Origin: Mustelus asterias
Lineage: Eukaryota
Assembly (NCBI RefSeq): GCF_964213995.1
Contig: NC_135807.1
Span: 69,254,001 to 69,318,000 of the forward strand
DNA length: 64,000 nt
Direction of reading: 5' to 3'
Part shown: one piece after another, positions 62,765-64,000 of the stretch
Numbering within the stretch: the stretch's first letter is position 1
Layout of the letters: every line of letters begins with the position of its first letter
Program-made: the position numbers and the translations under genes
The notes under the pieces: generated by a model
What the model saw: only the letters and a program-made list of their open reading frames with translations
What the model was told of the DNA's origin: nothing
Databases searched by the model: none

Positions 62765-64000
62765 TATAGAATCAGAGTTTTACAGCGTGGGAACAGGCCC
62801 TTCGGCCCAACTTGTCCATGCCACTTTATTTTAAACCCTTAAGCTAGTCCCAATTGCCTGCATTTGGCTCATATATCTCTATACCCATCTTACCCATGAA
62901 ACTGTCTAAATGCTTTTTAAAAGACAAAATTGTACCAACCTCTACTATCTCTGGCAGCTTGTTCCAGACACTCACCACCCTCTGTGTGAAAAAATTGCCC
63001 CTCTGGATCCTTTTGTATCTCTCCCCTCTCACCTTAAAACTATGCCCTCTAGTTTTAGACTCCTATACCTTTGGGAAAAAATATTGACTATCTAGGTGAT
63101 CTATGCCCCTCATTATTTTATAGACCTCTATAAGATCACCCCTCAGCCTCCTACGCTCCAGAGAAAGAAGTCCCAGTCTATCCAGCCTCTCCTTATAACT
63201 CAAACCATCAAGTCCCAGTAGCATCCTAGTCAGTCTTTTCTGCACTCTTTCTAGTTTAATAATATCCTTTCTATAATAGGGTGACCAGAACTGTACGCAG
63301 TATTCCAAGTGTGGCCTTGCCAATGTCTTGTACAACTTTGACACAATGTCCCAACTCATGTATTCAGTGTTCTGACCAATGAAACCAAGCATGCCGAATG
63401 CCTTCTTCATCACTCTGTCCACCTGTGACCCCACTTTCAAGGAGCTATGAACCTGTACCCCTAGATCTCTTTGTTCTGTAACTCTCCCCAATGCCCTACC
63501 ATTAACTGAATAAGTCCTGCCCTGGTTCAATTTACCAAAAATGCATCACCTCGCATTTATCAAAATTAAACTCCATCTGCCATTTGTCAGCCCACTGCCT
63601 CTATTGATCAAGATGCTGTTGTAATCTGAGATAACCTTCTTCACTTTCCACTATGCCACCAATTTTGGTGTCATCTGCAAACTTACTAACCATGCCTTCT
63701 ATATTCTCATCCAAATCATTAATATAAATGACAAATAACAGTGGACCCAGCACTGATCCCTGAGGCACACCGCTGGTCACAGGTCTCCAGTTTGAAAAAC
63801 AACCCTCTACAACCACCTTCTGTCATCAAGCCAATTTTGTATCCATTTAGATACCTCACCCTGGATCCCATGAGATTTAACTTTATGCAACAACCTACCA
63901 TGCGGTACCTTGTCAAAGATCTTGCTAAAGTCCATGTAGGCAACATCAACTGCACTGCCCTCATCTCCCTTCTTGGTTACCCCTTGAAAAAACTCAATTA
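62765..64000 (-). mobile_element. CR1 LINE 3' part, same subfamily as 23642-25657, running off the window
   Basis: [17 protein letters not shown] and LEYCVQFWSP motifs with the CR1 tail at 62765-62850. Confidence 0.93.

Overview
Eukaryotic, repeat-rich vertebrate DNA, very likely a shark/ray (elasmobranch) genome, judged from HE1-type SINEs and dense CR1/Rex/Penelope remnants. Two host genes are visible, both on +. One is the terminal coding exon of a p47-family UBX gene (probably UBXN2B, 3303-3465). The other is exons 1-5 of a CYP7A1-like cytochrome P450 (ATG 36899; exon 6 with the heme Cys lies beyond the window), whose 14.8-kb first intron opens with a non-canonical GC donor. Most ORFs in the supplied track are spurious or transposon fragments. 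Two signals stand out. (1) A family of Penelope-derived insertions, each with its own target-site duplication, carries eight copies of a minimal hammerhead-ribozyme motif with covarying stems. Several are fold-back palindromes with a ribozyme on each strand, including a ~200-bp mini element and a ~850-bp hairpin in CYP7 intron 1. (2) A young gag-only LTR element has no tRNA primer-binding site; instead the 13 nt after the 5' LTR are perfectly complementary to the LTR's own AATAAA region, suggesting self-priming and/or poly(A)-site occlusion. All family assignments come from motif recognition by eye, and no database search was run.
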